Source: Candidatus Multivorans sp. (GTDB taxonomy: Bacteria; Acidobacteriota; Thermoanaerobaculia; Multivoradales; Multivoraceae). From it: a DNA stretch of 64,000 bases. Both the position numbers and the translations under genes were made by a program. Within the stretch, counting starts at the first letter, position 1, and every line of letters starts with the position of its first letter. The DNA is taken from NCBI GenBank assembly GCA_965224025.1, contig OZ245033.1, positions 418,763 through 482,762 on the forward strand, written 5' to 3'. A model generated the notes under the pieces. The model searched no databases. It was given only the letters and a program-made list of their open reading frames with translations, and was not told the origin of the DNA. Shown piece after piece: positions 50,651-58,931 of this stretch.

Positions 50651-51396
50651 AGATTGACCACTTCATGTACGCGGCCGCCGACCTCGACGAAGGAATGGCG
50701 TTGGCCGAGGATGTCTTCGGCGTGGCGCCGGCGTTCGGCGGCGCCCACGAAGGGCTCGGAACGCGCAACGCGTTGCTTGCCTTGCGAGCTGGCGCCGCAG
50801 AACGCAGCGAAGCGAGTTCGGGGCGCAAGCTCGCAGGCGCGGACGGGATGGGCGGAAACACCGAGCCTGCGAGGGGTTTCGGGGCGCTGGGCGACACGTA
50901 CCTCGAGATCATCGCGCCGGACCCGGCGCAGTCGGTGGAGAGCCAGATGGTCGAGGGCATGGCCGAGCTGAGTGCCGGGGGGCTGGTGACGTGGGCGGCG
51001 CAGGGCGATCTCGTCGTCACGAAGGGCTTGCTCGAGGAGGCGGGGATCTCGTCGGCCGGCCCGGTGGAAACGCGGCGGCGCACGGCCGACGGCGAGCTGC
51101 TGGTGTGGGATCTGCTGTTTCCGCAAGGTAGCGGCTACGGGATGCCCTTCTTCATCGACTGGCGGGAGTCTCCCCACCCGGCCACGACGACGCCGGTGGG
51201 CGGGGAGTTGCGGTCGTTCGGGATCTCGACGCCGGACGCCGAACAGCTTGACGCGGTGTTGGCGAGTCTTGGGCTGGGCGTGGAGGTGTCGGATGGGGAG
51301 CCGGTGATGCGGGTCGTGATCGAGGGGGCGAAGGGTCCGGTGGAGTTGGTTTCTACGGAGGAGAGTCGGGGGCTGCAGCCATCGTCAAGGCGTTGA
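50647..51396 (+). CDS. VOC/glyoxalase-like domain protein
   Basis: MKIDHFMYAAADLDEGMA..HEGLGTRNALLAL..GDTYLEIIAPDP..MPFFIDW. It contains a ~35-aa segment (50785-50889) that looks inserted. Confidence 0.7.
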   Translation: MKIDHFMYAAADLDEGMALAEDVFGVAPAFGGAHEGLGTRNALLALRAGAAERSEASSGRKLAGADGMGGNTEPARGFGALGDTYLEIIAPDPAQSVESQMVEGMAELSAGGLVTWAAQGDLVVTKGLLEEAGISSAGPVETRRRTADGELLVWDLLFPQGSGYGMPFFIDWRESPHPATTTPVGGELRSFGISTPDAEQLDAVLASLGLGVEVSDGEPVMRVVIEGAKGPVELVSTEESRGLQPSSRR

Positions 51397-51464
51397 TGGG
51401 ATTCGGAGACAGCCGACGTCGCTGCGATGGAGGTTTCTGCCGTACCCGGCATCGTCTCACTGCG

Positions 51465-51672
51465 GGCGATGCGGGCCAGAAGGCCCGCGCACCCAGAGAT
51501 AAGGCGGTGCTGCGAGCAAAGCTCTGTTCTGCAAACGTCACCGCGTCACTGCGAGCGGCAAGAGTGCAGTAGAGACTCTCGCCGCGGCGAAGGCGTCGCT
51601 CTGGGTGCGCGGGCCTTCTGGCCCGCTGCCGCCGCAAGGCGGCCAAGTGACGCGCCGGCCTTTGGCCGGCAC
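51465..51672. repeat. REP-A family compound copy
   Basis: GCGGGCCAGAAGGCCCGC GCACCCAGAGAT ... TGCAGTAGAGAC ... GCTCTGGGTGCGC GGGCCTTCTGGCCC GCTGCCGCCGCAAGGCGGC ... GCCGGCCTTTGGCCGGC. Confidence 0.8.
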
Positions 51673-51753
51673 CGCTTGGGCGATAGGAGTAGGGTTGGCC
51701 GCTACAACAAACCTGATCACGACCGTCCTTCACAGCCTCGACGGAGGAACACG

Positions 51754-52239
51754 ATGACCGAGAACGTCCCGAAGAACCGTACTCGTCTGGCCCGCCCCTA
51801 CCTCGCGATCGCGGCCCTGAGCCTCGCCGCCATCCCGGCTGCCGCTCAGAACTACATCGACGATTGGGCCAAACGGGCGGGCGAACAGATCGTCTGGCAC
51901 CGGACCCGGTTGAGCGACACGGTCTACCTGCTCCTGCCCGAGCCGGCCCTGGCGGGCAATCTCGCGGTCTCCGCGGGAGAGGACGGCATCCTGATCGTCG
52001 ACGACGAAACGAAGATCATCCCCGGCCACGGGCCGCTGGCGACGAAGGCCGATCTGCAGAGGTACCACGACTACGTCACTGAGACGATCGACCACATCGA
52101 CAAGCAGAAGAGCGCAGGCAAGTCGCTCGAGGACGTCCAGAAGGACGGCCTGCCGGAGAAGTTCGCGCCGTACGGCAATGGCCCGCTGTCGCCGGAGCCG
52201 GTCTGGATCGGCTACGTCTGGGCCAGCCTCGACGACTGA
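51754..52239 (+). pseudogene. MBL-fold hydrolase gene with an in-frame internal deletion (intact 161-aa ORF lacking the HxHxDH region)
   Basis: GGAGG precedes ATG 51754. After a signal peptide comes VYLLLPEPALAGNLAVSAGEDGILIVDD, joined directly to ETKIIPGHGPLATKADLQRYHDYV. No metal-binding His motifs are present. Confidence 0.55.
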
Positions 52240-52283
52240 GAACGTCCCTGGAGAATCCAACCTCTCCGTCGGGCGCGGCGACG

Positions 52284-53042
52284 ACCAACGACGTCGTCAT
52301 CGACGTCCGGGACCTGCGAAAGAGCTACAAGGACATTGTGGCCGTCGACGGGGTCTCGTTCCACGTCCATCGCGGCGAGATCTTCGGCATGCTGGGCCCG
52401 AACGGGGCCGGCAAGACGACCACCGTCGAGATTCTGGAGGGACTGCGCGAGGCGGACGGCGGCGAGGCGTTCATCGACGGCGTCGGCGTGAAGAAGAACC
52501 GCCGGCGCGTCAAGGGCATGATCGGAGTCCAGCTCCAGCAGAACGCCTTCTTCGACAACCTGACGCTCCGCGAGACGGTCCAACTGTTCGCGACGCTCTA
52601 CGGCGCGGACACCTCGCCGGACGAGATGCTGGCCAGGGTCGACCTGGCGGATCGGGCGAAGTCGCGGTACAAGCACCTGTCCGGGGGCCAGAGACAGCGC
52701 TTCTCGATCGCGGTCGCCATGGTCAACGAGCCGGTGGCGATGTTCCTGGACGAGCCGACGACCGGCCTCGACCCCCAGGCCCGCCGCAGGATGTGGAAGC
52801 TGATCGACGGCCTGCGGTCCAACGGCATGGCGATCATGCTGACCACCCACTACATGGAAGAGGCGGAGGTGCTCTGCGACCGGGTGGCGGTCATCGACCG
52901 CGGCTCCATCGTCGCGGTGGACGCGCCGCAGGCGCTGATCCAGCAGTTGGCGCGCCGCGGCGGCCAGTCGGTCCGCCGGGACGGCGCCCTGACGCTGGAA
53001 GACGTCTTCCTCGATCTGACCGGGCACCAGCTCGTCGAGTAG
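52284..53042 (+). CDS. ABC transporter ATP-binding protein (ABC-2/DrrA-like)
   Basis: Walker A GPNGAGKTT, signature LSGGQRQR and Walker B MFLDEPTTGLD. Homology (VVIDVRDLRKSYKD) starts ~52284, upstream of the first GTG (52338). There is no ATG/GTG/TTG in frame, only CTG 52248. Confidence 0.85.
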   Translation, partial: TNDVVIDVRDLRKSYKDIVAVDGVSFHVHRGEIFGMLGPNGAGKTTTVEILEGLREADGGEAFIDGVGVKKNRRRVKGMIGVQLQQNAFFDNLTLRETVQLFATLYGADTSPDEMLARVDLADRAKSRYKHLSGGQRQRFSIAVAMVNEPVAMFLDEPTTGLDPQARRRMWKLIDGLRSNGMAIMLTTHYMEEAEVLCDRVAVIDRGSIVAVDAPQALIQQLARRGGQSVRRDGALTLEDVFLDLTGHQLVE

Positions 53043-53052
53043 GGGTCCCACG

Positions 53053-54186
53053 GTGAAGATCTACACAGCGTTCATCGTCGCCGAGTTGAAGATGTTCTTC
53101 CGCGACCGGGCGGCGCTCTTCTGGTCGTTGGCCTTTCCGACCGTGATGATGGTCGTCTTCGGCCTCTTCGACTTCGGCAGTTTCGTCCCGCCGAGCGTGG
53201 GCATCGTCGACCAGGCGAAGAACCAGACGTCGGCCCTCCTGGTGTCCGTGTTGAAGGGCGACCTCGGCGGCGAACCGCTCTTCACCGTCCCCGAGTCCGA
53301 GGACGCCGAGGTCCTGCGAGCCGAGGTCCTCGCCGGCGACATCACCGCGGTGATGGTGATCCCCGAGGGCTTCGGGGAACTCGGCTTCGGCGAACTCGGC
53401 GCCTCCTCGACAATCGACCTCACGTTCGATGGCAGGAAGGCCCAGGAGGCGGAGGCGGCCCGGTCCATTCTGGCTCAGGTGCTCGAAGGGGTCTTCAAGT
53501 CCGTCGCGGACGTCCCCGCGGAGTACCGGGTCGAGAACTGGGCGACGGTCTCCGCCACCGAAGTCGCGGGCCGCGGCCAGGGTTACAAGGGGTTCATCGT
53601 GCCCGGGATCGTCTCGCTGGCCATCATGCAGAGCGCGCTCTTCGGCGTCGTCTTCACGCTCGTGCGGCTGCGCAACCAAGGCGTGCTCAAGCGGCTGCAC
53701 GCCACGCCCATCGGCCCGAATCATTTCCTGGTCGGTTCACTCACGACCAGGCTCCTGCTGCTCGTTCTGCAGACGAACGTCTTGCTGCTCGTCGGCATCC
53801 TCGTGTCCCGCGTCGACGTGGCGCCGGGCTATCCCCTGTTCTGGCTGGAGGTCATCCCTCTGATCTTCCTCGGCGGACTCGTGTTCGCCTCATTGGGCCT
53901 GGCGATCTCAGGCATCGCGAAGACGGAGAACACGGCGGCGCCCCTCGCGAACATCGTGTCGCTGCCCCTGATGTTCCTGTCCGGCGTGTTCTTCTCCCAG
54001 ACCGCGCTGCCGGACTGGCTCCTGGGGTTCGCGAAGTGGCTGCCGCTGACCTTCCTGGCCGACGCGATGCGAGCCATGGTGAACAGCGGCGAGACGCTGT
54101 TCAGTCAGGGCGGGCCGATCCTGGGGTTGGCCGGGTGGGCCGTCGTCTGCTTCGGGCTTGCCGTGTGGGCGTTCCGGTGGGAATGA
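53053..54186 (+). CDS. ABC-2 type transporter permease
   Basis: GTG start 10 nt after the ATPase stop. The product is 377 aa with an N-terminal TM, a large loop and five C-terminal TM segments (GFIVPGIVSLAIMQSALFGV). Confidence 0.85.
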   Translation: MKIYTAFIVAELKMFFRDRAALFWSLAFPTVMMVVFGLFDFGSFVPPSVGIVDQAKNQTSALLVSVLKGDLGGEPLFTVPESEDAEVLRAEVLAGDITAVMVIPEGFGELGFGELGASSTIDLTFDGRKAQEAEAARSILAQVLEGVFKSVADVPAEYRVENWATVSATEVAGRGQGYKGFIVPGIVSLAIMQSALFGVVFTLVRLRNQGVLKRLHATPIGPNHFLVGSLTTRLLLLVLQTNVLLLVGILVSRVDVAPGYPLFWLEVIPLIFLGGLVFASLGLAISGIAKTENTAAPLANIVSLPLMFLSGVFFSQTALPDWLLGFAKWLPLTFLADAMRAMVNSGETLFSQGGPILGLAGWAVVCFGLAVWAFRWE

Positions 54187-54234
54187 TCGGCGGTGCCGCG
54201 GAACGTGCGAGAGCAACGCCGCTCCAGTAGCGCT

Positions 54235-54739
54235 TCAGAACTCGATCGGAAAGACGTTGGGGGTAGTGTCGATCCGAATCAACCTCCGCTCGCTAACGCC
54301 CGGGGCATCGACTTGGAGGCGGTAGTTGCCGGTAGGAATACGGCCGGTCCAGAGCGTCTCACCCGTTGAATGGCCGTTGTCACATGGTTCTACTGCGTGG
54401 CCCAAATGAGTGACGTCCCCACAGGGCGGCGCGAGGAGGGCGTCCGGGATGCTGCCCACGGTCGCGGCGTCGTGCCGTCCGACGTTGAGTTGAACGACTG
54501 CGTCACCGTCCGATCGTGCAGCAACAACCTGAAGCGCTGGCCGCCAGACCAGAGGGTCCGCCGTTTCACCCACGCGGGGCCAAACGACGACATGATTCGG
54601 TTGATCCGCGACGCTGCGCCCGCACTGTCACCCGCGTCGGGAGCGAACTCGTGTGCCGGCCACTCGCCCAGTTCAACTCGACCGAGCAACGCCGCATCTT
54701 GCGCCTTCGCCGTAACGCTCGCGAAAGACAGCACGCAAA
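54235..54739 (-). pseudogene. 3' part of a small secreted-protein gene split by the IS insertion (also frameshifted ~54600)
   Basis: Removing 54740..57604 joins GTG ~57638 (M)FRSARVSAAAVCV to LSFASVTAKAQDAALLGRVELGEW.., which restores a signal peptide. The C-terminal part (LVWRPALQVV...TTPNVFPIEF*) lies in a second frame. Confidence 0.55.
54732..54739. repeat. Target-site duplication, left (CACGCAAA)
   Basis: Identical 8-mer at 57597..57604, directly abutting the inverted repeats. Confidence 0.9.
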
Positions 54740-54763
54740 GGGGATTATATCCGTAGGTTGACA
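54740..54763. repeat. IS terminal inverted repeat (distal to the transposase)
   Basis: See the mobile element entry. Confidence 0.9.
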
Positions 54764-54771
54764 GAAACCGA

Positions 54772-54906
54772 TCACGCCTCGGCCTTCTTGGTGGCCTTGA
54801 CCGGCTTCGCCCGGTCCTTCATCAGCAGCCAGTGCGCCACCTGCTTCGGAGTCGCGCCGTTGTAGTTGGCCTTCAATCCCTTGCGGCGAGGCTTCTTGAT
54901 CTTCAT
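54772..54906 (-). CDS. Small basic protein (44 aa) inside the IS
   Basis: MKIKKPRRKGLKANYNGATPKQVAHWLLMKDRAKPVKATKKAEA*. Too short for the ORF track. It lies downstream of the methyltransferase and within the IS boundaries. Confidence 0.4.
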   Translation of the reverse strand: MKIKKPRRKGLKANYNGATPKQVAHWLLMKDRAKPVKATKKAEA

Positions 54907-54949
54907 AACAGCGCCGCTCACCTAGGCCCGCCGTAGATGGAATGCTCCC

Positions 54950-56536
54950 TCAGAACAGTTCCTGCTGCGCCATCGGCTTGCCGCTGTACGGATCGTTCAT
55001 CGTCGGCAAGCGTGGCAGTCTCCCGTCGAAGTACTCGCTGATCGGCCATAGCTGCATTCTCCTGTAGGGCTGACCGGACACGCTGATCGTGCCAGCCTCT
55101 GCCGCTTCCGCCCGCGCTGCACGCGAGCCGACTGGTTCCAGTGTGACGAAGCAGCCGAGAGCCGCTTCGTCGCGGTCTGTGACATGGCGGAAGTCCCGCA
55201 ACGCTCCGAGATGGAATCCACCGCCCTTGATCTGCGCCAGCGCGAGACGGGAATCGTAGTCGTCCGGCTGAGCGGCGATCACGGCGCGACCGTCCACGCC
55301 GCCGTCCGCAACCTGCTTCATGTTCGGCGCGAAACCGGGGAGCCGCGTCACCGCCCACGATTCAAAGCTGAACGGCTGCTCGGTTGCCAGCTTGCGCGCC
55401 GATGCGAGATCGACCGGGATCCCCTTCGTCGGGATCGTCCGGTTCTTCAGCCGCTTCTCACGGATCAGGTCGATAGCGAATGACGAAATGTCGATCCCGG
55501 CCCACTGTCGGCCGAGACGCTGCGCCGCTTCAATGGTCGTACCGCAACCGCAGAACGGATCGAGAATCAGGTCGTCAGGGTTACTGCTCGCTTCGATGAT
55601 CCGCTCCAGCAACGCGCGGGGCTTCTGGGTCGGGTAACCCATCCGTTCCTTCGCCTGGGCGCCGATCGGCCCTATGTCCGTCCATAGGTCCTGCAACGGC
55701 CGGCCCTTGGCCTCGTCCAAATAGCGCTTGTAGGCCGGGACGCGGCCCGGCGCTGTTTGTACAACCCGTCCTTCGTCGATCATCCGCTGCATCCGCTCGC
55801 GGGAGTAGGCCCAATAGCGCGTTACGCCCAGTACCTCGTACTGCGGGTTGCCCTTCGCTGCACCGCCGCGCCCAGTCATATCGCTGAGTCGATAGCGCCG
55901 TCCAGTGTCTTCTTCGACATAGCGGTAGAAACCGTCGACGTATTGGTCATCGTATGGCGTGTACAGCGGATTCCAAGCCCAACCGTCGCCCCTCGAGTAG
56001 TAGAGGACGCGATCCAGTACACGTCCAAATTGTCGTCTTCCCTGCGCGCCGTCGTTGTGGCTGCTGGTTCGCTTCCATCCGATTTCGGATCGGAAATTCG
56101 GCACACCGAAGATCGCGTCCATGACGATTTTGAGATAGTGGCTCGCGGTCGGGTCACAGTGCAAGTAGATCGAACCTGTTGGCTTGAGGAGCCGGTGCAT
56201 GTGCTCCAAGCGCTCCGCCATGTAGGTCAGGTAGGCGAGCATCCCGGACGGGCCGATGGCGTGCCGTAGGCCCACTATCGCGTCGTGGGCGCGTCGTGCG
56301 GGCGCACCCTCGTAGGCCGCGTAGCGGTCCGCCGCGGCTTCGTCCCACGCCCATGTGTCGCTGAACGCCCGGTACTGCGCGTCAGCGCCGCCGCGAGCCG
56401 AGTAGAGGATGTTGTAGTCGGCCTTCGAGTTGAATGGCGGATCGAGGTAAATCAGGTCTACGGACTGATCGTCCCATCGCTGCATCCAGTCGAGGCAGTC
56501 ACCGTAGTACAGCGTGCCCGCGTCCGGTGGGTTCAT
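54950..56536 (-). CDS. Beta-class N6-adenine/N4-cytosine DNA methyltransferase with a C-terminal nuclease-like (Mrr/PD-(D/E)xK-like) domain
   Basis: Motif IV (IYLDPPFNS) precedes motif I (ILDPFCGCGTTIEAA). The C-terminal ~150 aa contain ADGGVDGRAVI..LAQIKGG. The ATG overlaps the transposase stop (ATGA). Confidence 0.8.
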   Translation of the reverse strand: MNPPDAGTLYYGDCLDWMQRWDDQSVDLIYLDPPFNSKADYNILYSARGGADAQYRAFSDTWAWDEAAADRYAAYEGAPARRAHDAIVGLRHAIGPSGMLAYLTYMAERLEHMHRLLKPTGSIYLHCDPTASHYLKIVMDAIFGVPNFRSEIGWKRTSSHNDGAQGRRQFGRVLDRVLYYSRGDGWAWNPLYTPYDDQYVDGFYRYVEEDTGRRYRLSDMTGRGGAAKGNPQYEVLGVTRYWAYSRERMQRMIDEGRVVQTAPGRVPAYKRYLDEAKGRPLQDLWTDIGPIGAQAKERMGYPTQKPRALLERIIEASSNPDDLILDPFCGCGTTIEAAQRLGRQWAGIDISSFAIDLIREKRLKNRTIPTKGIPVDLASARKLATEQPFSFESWAVTRLPGFAPNMKQVADGGVDGRAVIAAQPDDYDSRLALAQIKGGGFHLGALRDFRHVTDRDEAALGCFVTLEPVGSRAARAEAAEAGTISVSGQPYRRMQLWPISEYFDGRLPRLPTMNDPYSGKPMAQQELF

Positions 56537-57537
56537 GCCGAGCGAGCGCCGGACGGCAGGCCGTTGTCGGCGATCAGGTCACGGTACTGGAGCCGCTTGC
56601 CCGCCAGCCCCTCGGTGACGGACGCCATTTGCGCCAGCGTGTCGAGATCGCGGAAGTTGTGACGGCCCGCGAACTGGTTGACGTAGCGCTGTAGATGCTT
56701 CGGTGAGAGCTTGTGGTACACGCCCTTGTGGGCGCGCTTGAGCATCGACCAGAAGCTCTCGATCGAGTTCGTGTGAACCTTGCCCGCAACGTACTCGCCG
56801 ACCGAGTGCTTGACGGTGCCGCGCTCGTACTCGGTCAAACCGCTGTACGCCCCCGTATCGTCCGTGTAGACCGTTGCGCCGGGTTCGACGTGCTCACGGA
56901 CGAACGCTTGCAGGGTCTCGCCGTCGGTCGAACGGACGACACGCGCCGCCACCATGCCGGTCTCGCGGTCCTTGACGCCCACCACCGCTGTCTTGCCGAC
57001 AGAGCCACGGCCTTCGAGGGTCTTGCGCTTCTTCGCGTGCATATTCTTCCGCAGACCGCCGAAGTACGCCTCATCGGCTTCTGCCGGTCCCTCGAAGCGC
57101 ACGGTCGGCCCCGAGTCGCTGAACTCGCGGATGCGCTGGAGCATGAACCACGCGGTCTTCTGAGTGACGCCCAGGTCACGGTGGATCTTCATCGACGACA
57201 CGCCCTTGAGGCTCGTTGTGTCGAGGTAGATCGCGTACAGCCACTTGAGCAGAGGCAGCTTCGACCGCGCCATCACGGTGCCGGTCTTCACCGAGAAGTA
57301 CCGCTTGCAGTCGCGGCAGCGGTACGGCATCTTCGCGTGGCTGCACTCGTGGTTGTTGTCGGTGCCGCAGTGCGGGCAGTAGCGCTCGCCGTCCGGCCAG
57401 ACGATCGCCTCGAACCACTGCCGCGCCGCTTCCTCATCGGGGAACATCCGCTGCAAGTCGAACAGCGTGATGCCCTTCCGGTGAGCCTTGCCGGGTGCCT
57501 TGAGTTCTGTGTCGTTCATCGCTTCTCCCTCCGTCAA
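56533..57537 (-). CDS. IS1595-family (ISXO2-like) DDE transposase
   Basis: An N-terminal zinc ribbon (CPHCG..CRDCKRYFSVKTGT) is followed by EADEAYFGG, VYTDDTGAYSGL and HTNSIESFWSMLKR. Confidence 0.9.
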   Translation of the reverse strand: MTEGEAMNDTELKAPGKAHRKGITLFDLQRMFPDEEAARQWFEAIVWPDGERYCPHCGTDNNHECSHAKMPYRCRDCKRYFSVKTGTVMARSKLPLLKWLYAIYLDTTSLKGVSSMKIHRDLGVTQKTAWFMLQRIREFSDSGPTVRFEGPAEADEAYFGGLRKNMHAKKRKTLEGRGSVGKTAVVGVKDRETGMVAARVVRSTDGETLQAFVREHVEPGATVYTDDTGAYSGLTEYERGTVKHSVGEYVAGKVHTNSIESFWSMLKRAHKGVYHKLSPKHLQRYVNQFAGRHNFRDLDTLAQMASVTEGLAGKRLQYRDLIADNGLPSGARSA

Positions 57538-57572
57538 CCGTGAGGTATACCCTACCGGACGGAGAGCCAGTT

Positions 57573-57596
57573 TGTCAACCTAGAGATATAATCCCC
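57573..57596. repeat. IS terminal inverted repeat (transposase-proximal)
   Basis: See the mobile element entry. Confidence 0.9.
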
Positions 57597-57604
57597 CACG
57601 CAAA
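57597..57604. repeat. Target-site duplication, right (CACGCAAA)
   Basis: Identical to 54732..54739. Confidence 0.9.
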
Positions 57605-57718
57605 CTGCCGCCGCTGAAACCCTCGCGGATCTGAACACAGGACAGCAGGTCCAATCCAACCGCACGGTCTCTGGAGTGGTACCGCGCTCTGCGCGGCCCT
57701 AGAAGCCCGACTTCCGCT

Positions 57719-58792
57719 CTACTGACCGCCCGAACTCTGCGGCTGGTCGTACTCCGACTCGAGCAGGCGAGCGCCGCGCAGGACGTTGCCCATCGCGTAG
57801 TTGCCTTCGTGACAGGCGTACTCGTAGACGCGGCTGTCCTTGCCCTGCCAGGAGTACTCACCCGCCCAGGGCGCAGTCCACGAGTTCGGATCCTCGACCC
57901 GGAAGTGGTAGAGCAGATTCCCGTCCTCGGTCCGGGTGAAGCGCTCCTCCACGTGCATGGTCTCGCTGCCTCCGGGGAGACCGGTCTGGTTGCGGAAGTT
58001 GCGCGTATTGACGACCAGGGTGTCGCCATCCCAGTGGCCGACGCCATCACCGAGCCACCAGTTGACGCCATCAGGACCGGGCTCGCCGTCGATGGGCACG
58101 ATCCGGGCGTCGTGGACCATCTCCGCCATGATGACGACATGGTTCTCGGTCTGGACGATGCGCGCGTAGTTGTTGTACAGGCTGGGCAGCAGCGGAGGTC
58201 CGCCGACGAAGCCGAGCAGGCAACGCTCGGCCAGGGCCAGGGTCTCGGGGCCATCGAACGGGCCGGGGCCGTCATGGTCGAGCCAGGATGCGGTGCCGTC
58301 GTTGTTGTGGATGAACGAGGCGAAGTTCGTGGCCATCCGGCGCATGGCCGCGGGCGTCATCATCGGCCGGCGACCGTTCGGCGGGTCGTAGATGATCGAG
58401 GTGCGGAACTTGCCGTCCACCACCACGGCCTCGGAGCCGGGGTCGATCCAGAACGCGTTGTAGCCGCCGACGCCGCCGCCGCCGAAGCGGTTGTCGCCAT
58501 CGCCGCCTTTCTTGGGCGCTCCGCGGTCGGCGCCGCCACCCTTGTCCTCTTCGATGTTCTGCCAGAACGCCTCCCTCTCCTCTTCGAGCGCCTGCCCTTG
58601 CTCGGGGGTCAGGTAGAGGTTCTCGCCGTACTGCTGCGGACGATCGACCGGGGTGACCGTTCCGGCGTCATACACCCCGGAGAGGTCGGGTTTGCCGTTC
58701 GGCAGCCGCTTGATGCCGTCTCCCTCCTCGGCCAAAGCCGGCACAGCGATGAGGACGAGAATGGCGAGCGAGGCGAGGATGAGCTTGCGCAT
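57719..58792 (-). CDS. Hypothetical secreted protein
   Basis: 357 aa with signal MRKLILASLAILVLIAVPALA. It has a Gly-rich segment and a C-terminal YEYACHEGNYAMGNVLRGAR. No family name can be assigned from memory. Confidence 0.7.
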   Translation of the reverse strand: MRKLILASLAILVLIAVPALAEEGDGIKRLPNGKPDLSGVYDAGTVTPVDRPQQYGENLYLTPEQGQALEEEREAFWQNIEEDKGGGADRGAPKKGGDGDNRFGGGGVGGYNAFWIDPGSEAVVVDGKFRTSIIYDPPNGRRPMMTPAAMRRMATNFASFIHNNDGTASWLDHDGPGPFDGPETLALAERCLLGFVGGPPLLPSLYNNYARIVQTENHVVIMAEMVHDARIVPIDGEPGPDGVNWWLGDGVGHWDGDTLVVNTRNFRNQTGLPGGSETMHVEERFTRTEDGNLLYHFRVEDPNSWTAPWAGEYSWQGKDSRVYEYACHEGNYAMGNVLRGARLLESEYDQPQSSGGQ

Positions 58793-58931
58793 GGCTTGAG
58801 TCCTTCCGTTGGGGAGCTCGTATCGGTGAATGCGACCGGGTCAGCATGCTAGCACTGACCGACCCCTCAGGAACTCGCGTCGTTCGCGGCGTTCGGCGGC
58901 TACAGTGGTTGCCGGAAGCTTGGACCGGTTG

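Larger units (their letters stand above)
54740..57596 (-). mobile_element. IS1595-family insertion sequence carrying passenger genes (2,857 bp)
   Basis: The terminal inverted repeats are GGGGATTATATCCGTAGGTTGACA (54740-54763) and the reverse complement of 57573-57596, GGGGATTATATCTCTAGGTTGACA (22/24 identical). The element is flanked by a perfect 8-bp duplication. It contains a DDE_Tnp_IS1595-type transposase plus a methyltransferase and a small ORF. Confidence 0.9.

Noticed and set aside
57655-57720. Degenerate REP-A copy overlapping the stop codon of the 57719 gene (CAGTAGAGCGG..CGGGCTTCTAGGGCCGCGCAGAG)
   Set aside because: It shares only the GTAG end motif and a weak version of the hairpin module. 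This is too diverged to count confidently as a family member.
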